NCBI GenBank assembly: GCA_963758525.1
Contig: CAVWVQ010000003.1
Location: 3,776,001 to 3,840,000 of the forward strand
Direction: 5' to 3'
Source of the DNA: an uncultured Phycisphaerales bacterium
GTDB taxonomy: Bacteria > Planctomycetota > Phycisphaerae > Tepidisphaerales > Tepidisphaeraceae
Length of the DNA stretch: 64,000 nt
Position 1 is the first letter of the stretch. Each line of letters begins with the position of its first letter. Both the position numbers and the translations under genes were made by a program. This document shows, piece by piece, positions 59,198-64,000 of this stretch. Below the pieces are notes generated by a model, which made no database searches, was not told the origin of the DNA, and was given only the letters and a program-made list of their open reading frames with translations.

Positions 59198-60264
59198 GCA
59201 TCGAAGTCATCAGCATCCGCAAGACCTTCGACAACTACGTCGCCCTGCGCGACGTCAGCATGCACGTCGGGCATGGCGAGCTGATCGCGCTGCTCGGTCC
59301 CAGCGGCTCGGGCAAAACCACGCTGCTGCGCATCATCGCCGGCCTCGAACAGCCCGACCCCGGCAGCGGCGCGATCCGATTCCACGACGAAGACATGACC
59401 GGCCGTCGCATCGGCGATCGCCAGGTCGGATTCGTCTTCCAGCACTACGCGCTGTTCCGTCACATGAGCGTCTTCGAAAACGTCGCCTTTGGCCTCCGCG
59501 CCCGTCCCAAAAAGACCAGGCCGGATAACGCGACCATCAAAGCCAAAATCAGCGAGCTGCTCCGCCTCGTCCAGCTCGAACGCCTCGGCGACCGCCTCCC
59601 CGGCCAGCTTTCCGGCGGCCAGCGCCAGCGCGTCGCCCTCGCCCGCGCCCTGGCCGTCGAACCGCGCGTGCTTCTGCTGGACGAACCCTTCGGCGCCCTC
59701 GACGCCCGCGTTCGCCGCGACCTGCGCCGCTGGCTCCGCCGCCTGCACGACGAGATGCACATCACCAGCGTCTTCGTCACCCACGATCAGGAAGAGGCGC
59801 TCGAGCTTGCCGACCGCGTCGTCGTGATGAATGAAGGCAGAATCGAACAGATCGGAACCCCAGAGGAAGTCTACGACAAGCCCGCCAATCCCTTCGTCTA
59901 CAGCTTCCTCGGCAACGTCAATCTCTTCCACGGTCGAATCGACCACGGCCAACTCCGGGTAGACGGCCACGACGCCCACGCGCCAGAGGCCGCCCAGACG
60001 CCCAAATCCAACGGCGTCGCCTACGTCCGCCCCCACGACGTCGAAGTCGCCCGCTCCGGCAACGGCAACGCCATCAAGGCCCGCATCGAGCAGATCAATT
60101 TCGCCGGCCCCGTCGTCTACCTCCTGCTCCACCGCCAGGACGGAGACCCCGTCGAAGCCGCCGTCCCCCGCGACCGCTTCCGCGAACTGGCGCTTCGTCA
60201 GAGCGAGGAAGTCTTTATCACTTTCCGCAACGCACGGGTGTTTTCCGAGGATTATTCAATCTAA
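59194..60264 (+). CDS. cysA: Sulfate ABC transporter ATPase CysA
   Basis: [34 protein letters not shown]. Confidence 0.94.
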   Translation: MSIEVISIRKTFDNYVALRDVSMHVGHGELIALLGPSGSGKTTLLRIIAGLEQPDPGSGAIRFHDEDMTGRRIGDRQVGFVFQHYALFRHMSVFENVAFGLRARPKKTRPDNATIKAKISELLRLVQLERLGDRLPGQLSGGQRQRVALARALAVEPRVLLLDEPFGALDARVRRDLRRWLRRLHDEMHITSVFVTHDQEEALELADRVVVMNEGRIEQIGTPEEVYDKPANPFVYSFLGNVNLFHGRIDHGQLRVDGHDAHAPEAAQTPKSNGVAYVRPHDVEVARSGNGNAIKARIEQINFAGPVVYLLLHRQDGDPVEAAVPRDRFRELALRQSEEVFITFRNARVFSEDYSI

Positions 60265-60324
60265 ATAAACCTGCGCTCGTTCGTTGTCCCAAGACTAAAA
60301 TCGCTAGTTGGTTGTATTCGTTCC

Positions 60325-60560
60325 ATGAGCATGAAGAGGATTATTCAAACCGTCGTCATGAGAGGTGAACCCAAGTGGGGCTCACAGCCCCCGGCTGGTG
60401 CGCTGGGTGAAGTCCTGCGCCTCTTGGCGCCTGCGGTGCAATACGCAATTCGCATGAAGTTTGAAGGGCGCAGCACCTCGCGTGGTGCCTTACCGGCTTG
60501 GTTGGAAGCCGCATCTGATTTGCGATTTGTCGGACAGGAAGGAAGCGATCAGAATGAACG
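60325..60560 (+). pseudogene. Probable 5' remnant of a hypothetical gene
   Basis: About 75 protein-like, lower-GC codons (IRMKFEGRS..G..PAWLEAASDLRF) that run into out-of-frame shadow sequence over the next gene. Confidence 0.4.
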
Positions 60561-61240
60561 GCCAACCTCCGCGGTACCGAATCAGCGCGGCGGCTGCGCT
60601 CACTCTCGGTGCGATCCTCCTCGCGTTTCTTTTCCTCCAGCTCTGCGCCGCCGGCGTTGGCGGCTGGTCTGTGCTCTTCCACGACCCCGTTCGGCGGGAC
60701 GCCGCGATCGCGCTCCTCGCGCTCGCCGCGCTCACGCCGCTTTGCGGCTGCCATGTCGGCCCGGGGTCGCAAAAGGATCACGCCAACGACTGGGTGCTGT
60801 TCGCCCTCCTGGTCGGCGGCCTCTCGCTCGGCTACTTCTCCGCGCGCTCCGACCGCACCGGCTTTCTCACGCTCGGCCGCGAACCTCTTCGCTATGCCGG
60901 CCTGCTCCTGTTCCTCACCGGCTCGGTCCTGCGAGTTCTCGCCATCCGCACCCTCGGCAGCCGATTCACCATTTGGGTCGCTATCCAGGAAGGGCACGAA
61001 CTGGTCACCGACAGACTCTACCGCCGCCTCCGTCATCCCAGCTACTCCGGCGCCATCCTCACTCTCCTGGGCTGGGCCCTCGTCTACCGCAGTGCCGCCG
61101 GGGTGCTCATCGCCATCGCCATGGGGCTGTTGCTTATCTCCAGAATCGAAGCCGAAGAACGCCTCTTGCTCGCAGAATTTCCACTGGCCTACGCCCAGTA
61201 CATCCAGCAGAGTTGGCGCCTCTGCCCGTTTGTATATTGA
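60554..61240 (+). CDS. Isoprenylcysteine carboxyl methyltransferase family membrane protein
   Basis: HELVTDRLYRRLRHPSYSG; RIEAEERLL; RLCPFVY. Confidence 0.88.
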   Translation: MNGQPPRYRISAAAALTLGAILLAFLFLQLCAAGVGGWSVLFHDPVRRDAAIALLALAALTPLCGCHVGPGSQKDHANDWVLFALLVGGLSLGYFSARSDRTGFLTLGREPLRYAGLLLFLTGSVLRVLAIRTLGSRFTIWVAIQEGHELVTDRLYRRLRHPSYSGAILTLLGWALVYRSAAGVLIAIAMGLLLISRIEAEERLLLAEFPLAYAQYIQQSWRLCPFVY

Positions 61241-61279
61241 ATCATTTTGTCGCAGGATTCGTCCCCGCGCTTCACTCGA

Positions 61280-62185
61280 TCACGACGCGATTGCCTGCAC
61301 ATTGCCGTCAACGGTGACACGGTTTCGGCCGGAGCTCTTGGAGCGGTAAAGGCATTGATCGGCACGGACGAGCATCGCGCTGGGGTCCAGCGACGCTTCG
61401 GCGACGCCAAAGCTGCAGGTGATGGGGATATCGTGTTCACCGCACGTGAGCGTGGCCGCCGCGATTTCACTGCGGAGCCGCTCGGCGAGCATTCCCGAGC
61501 CGGCGGCGCCGACGCCAGGGCAGAGAATCGCAAACTCTTCCCCGCCGTACCGGCAGACAATGTCTTCGGCGCGACTGTGCTCCAGCAGGATGTTGGCCAG
61601 CAGTCGAAGCACCGCATCCCCGCTCGGGTGGCCGAAGCGGTCGTTGATTGACTTGAAGTGATCGACGTCCAGCATGACGCACGACAGCGCCTGATGCCGC
61701 CGCTGGACCGATCCCACTTCTTCGGCAAGCCGACGGTCAAGATGCGCGCGGTTCCACAGGCCCGTCAGCCCGTCCATCTGAGCGTTCTGCGCGAGCAGAT
61801 CGAGAAGGAATTTCGTTCGCAGCGAGGTGCGCACGCGGGCCCGCAGCTCGGCGGGATCGAACGGTTTTGTGACGTAGTCGGCGGCGCCCAGGTTCAAGCC
61901 TTCGATTTTCCGCTGCGGCGACGACGCACCCGTCAGAAAAATCACGGGGATGATTTGCGTCGTCGAATCCTCTTTGAGCCGGCGGCAGACCTCAAATCCA
62001 TCGAGCCCCGGCATTTCCACGTCGAGGAGGATCACGTCCGGAAGCGTCGCGGCAGCGAGCTGCAGTCCCGATTCGCCGTCAAAGGCGAGGGAGATGTCGA
62101 CCGGCTCGTCGTGAAGGTGCTTTCTGAGAAACGCGTGCACCGTCCTGGAATCCTCGATGATCAGCAGCTTCTGTCGCGATTTCAT
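61280..62185 (-). CDS. Response regulator-diguanylate cyclase (REC-GGDEF)
   Basis: ILLDVEMP; KPF; DGLTGLWNR; RAED I-site; RYGGEEF. Confidence 0.93.
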   Translation of the reverse strand: MKSRQKLLIIEDSRTVHAFLRKHLHDEPVDISLAFDGESGLQLAAATLPDVILLDVEMPGLDGFEVCRRLKEDSTTQIIPVIFLTGASSPQRKIEGLNLGAADYVTKPFDPAELRARVRTSLRTKFLLDLLAQNAQMDGLTGLWNRAHLDRRLAEEVGSVQRRHQALSCVMLDVDHFKSINDRFGHPSGDAVLRLLANILLEHSRAEDIVCRYGGEEFAILCPGVGAAGSGMLAERLRSEIAAATLTCGEHDIPITCSFGVAEASLDPSAMLVRADQCLYRSKSSGRNRVTVDGNVQAIAS

Positions 62186-62189
62186 GGAC

Positions 62190-63374
62190 TTACCTTCTTT
62201 CGGTCTGCCGGCGCTTCTGCCGGCCGGGCGCGGGGATGACCTGCGCCATTTCTATCATCGCGCGGGCGATCTGATCCAACGGAAGCACCCGCTCCACCGC
62301 CCCCAGTGCGATCGCTGCGCCAGGCATTCCAAACACCGCGCAGCTTGCCTTGTCCTGGGCGATGGTGCGTCCGCCCGCTTCACGAATGCAACGCAGTCCT
62401 GCCGCGCCGTCATCGCCCATGCCGGTGAGCAGAGCCGCTATCGCATTGGCCCCGGCGTGCTGCGCCAGGGATTGAAAAAGCGCGTCTGCGCTGGGCCGGT
62501 GATGCGATACCGGGGGATCATCGGAAAGACGAACGCAGTAACCGTCCGAAGAGCGAACCACGCGCATGTGGCGACCCCCGGGCGCAATCAACACGTGCCC
62601 TGCCAGCGCCAGGTCCCCATCGGCAGCCTCTTTCACTCTCACCCGGCAGGTATCCGCAAGCCGTTCCGCGAAGGAGGCGGTAAATGGCGCGGGCATGTGC
62701 TGAACGACCACCGTCGGCGGCGCATTGGCCGGGAGCGCGGCAAGCAGTCGCATCAACGCGCTGACTCCGCCGGTCGAAGCTGCCAGTGCCATCAGACTCG
62801 CAGGATTGCATCGCGACAGCATCAACGGCGCGGAATCGTGCGGCGCATCCGCTGATCCCGCGTTTGCGGATCCGCAACCCGCGCCTTCAAAGCGAACCGC
62901 GGCGGCGGCTCTTACTGCCGCAATCAGCCGCGGGCCGATCTCCGACATCCCTCCCGAAAGGCTCGGCTTCTCGAGCACTTCAACGGCGCCGGCGGCCATC
63001 GCCTCCACGGCCGCTCGCGTTCCAGCGGCGGTGATGCTGCTGAGGATCACCACCGGAGTCGGGCAATGGACCATCAGGCGCTTCAGGAAGGTAATTCCAT
63101 CCATCCGCGGCATCTCAACATCCAATGTCAGAACGTCGGGTTGAAGCTGAAGAATCAGGTCGCGGGCCGCATAGGCGTCGGGCGCGGTTCCGACCACCTC
63201 AATCTCCGGATCGCGCGAAAGCATCCGGGTCAGTGCGTGCCGCACCAGCGACGAGTCATCCACGATCAGTACGCGGACAGGGCCGCGGGTGCGCGGTGCG
63301 CCAGGCACGAGCGTCCAGGGCGACGTTGCCGCCGCGGCGGCAGAAGGTTGCGATGATTCCCCAACGCGCATCAA
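62190..63374 (-). CDS. cheB: Chemotaxis methylesterase CheB
   Basis: REC domain LDVEMP; ASTGG; VQHMP; LTGMGDDG. Confidence 0.94.
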   Translation of the reverse strand: MMRVGESSQPSAAAAATSPWTLVPGAPRTRGPVRVLIVDDSSLVRHALTRMLSRDPEIEVVGTAPDAYAARDLILQLQPDVLTLDVEMPRMDGITFLKRLMVHCPTPVVILSSITAAGTRAAVEAMAAGAVEVLEKPSLSGGMSEIGPRLIAAVRAAAAVRFEGAGCGSANAGSADAPHDSAPLMLSRCNPASLMALAASTGGVSALMRLLAALPANAPPTVVVQHMPAPFTASFAERLADTCRVRVKEAADGDLALAGHVLIAPGGRHMRVVRSSDGYCVRLSDDPPVSHHRPSADALFQSLAQHAGANAIAALLTGMGDDGAAGLRCIREAGGRTIAQDKASCAVFGMPGAAIALGAVERVLPLDQIARAMIEMAQVIPAPGRQKRRQTERR

Positions 63375-63382
63375 CGGTTACC

Positions 63383-64000
63383 TCATTTGCAATAAATGGT
63401 CGGCTCGACGTACCGGAAACGATGGTCAAATCCCGTGAGCGATTCCGCGTGCCCGGTGAACAGGAGTCCGCCTGGCCGCAGGTGATTCCAGAATCGGTGC
63501 ACGAGAGATTCCTGCGTCGGGCGATCGAAATAGATCATGACGTTGCGGCAGAAGATGAGGTCAAACGTTCCGGTGAAAGGCCATTCCGCGATCAGATTGA
63601 GCCGTCGAAATACCACCAGCTCCCGAACCGCCGGCGTAATTGTCATTCGCGCGTCATCGACAGAGCCCGACGGAGCGAAGCCGATCGCCCGGCAACTGCT
63701 GGGTACGTCGCGGAGGCTCTCCAGCGGATAGAGAGCTGCGCTGGCCGCGTTCAGGGCGCGCGTGGAGATATCCGTCGCGAGGATTTTCGCGTTCCATTGA
63801 CGACGTTCTGCTCCGAGCACTTCCAGGAGCGTCATCGCCAGGGAATAAGGTTCTTCGCCGGAAGAACACCCAGCGCTCCAGGCGCATATGCGCCGATTTC
63901 CCGCCCGGCTCTTTTGTGCGATCAGTTGGGGAAGAAACCGATTTGCCAGAAACTCGAAGTGTCTGGCCTCGCGGAAAAAACCGGTGAGGTTGGTGCTGAG
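63383..64000 (-). CDS. cheR: Chemotaxis methyltransferase CheR (3' part)
   Basis: STNLTGFFRE; WSAGCSSGEEPYSLAM; ATDIS; IFCRNVMIYF; GHAESL. Confidence 0.94.
   Translation of the reverse strand, partial: LSTNLTGFFREARHFEFLANRFLPQLIAQKSRAGNRRICAWSAGCSSGEEPYSLAMTLLEVLGAERRQWNAKILATDISTRALNAASAALYPLESLRDVPSSCRAIGFAPSGSVDDARMTITPAVRELVVFRRLNLIAEWPFTGTFDLIFCRNVMIYFDRPTQESLVHRFWNHLRPGGLLFTGHAESLTGFDHRFRYVEPTIYCK

Overview
High-GC bacterial DNA, most likely a planctomycete (inferred from DUF1501, a DUF1549/DUF1553/cytochrome c protein and a PEP-CTERM protein). About 11 conserved genes are broken by 1-2 bp indels, which looks like long-read assembly error. The main candidate system is a minus-strand run at 1282-13718. 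It encodes two divergent, apparently Ku-like small proteins, an ATP-dependent ligase with a WGR-like tail, a BRCT-pentapeptide-SWIM protein, a DUF6348-like protein, two YehQ-like pieces and a YehL/YehM/YehP-type AAA+/VWA module. A second, SWIM-fused ligase and a six-repeat basic protein lie about 6.5 kb upstream. Also notable are a TIR plus small-protein cassette between 155-bp direct repeats of the Nif3 gene 3' end (49799-51186), a HicA-like/release-factor-like fusion, and many intergenic palindromic repeat families. The rest is ordinary: PPi-type PEPCK, GH29, GH2, ECF sigma, rplU, HAD, CPA2 antiporter, Nudix, M50, PHP phosphatase, PfkB, TonB receptor, MFS, sulfate ABC transporter and cheR-cheB-diguanylate cyclase. 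All family calls come from motifs recognised by eye; no searches were run.
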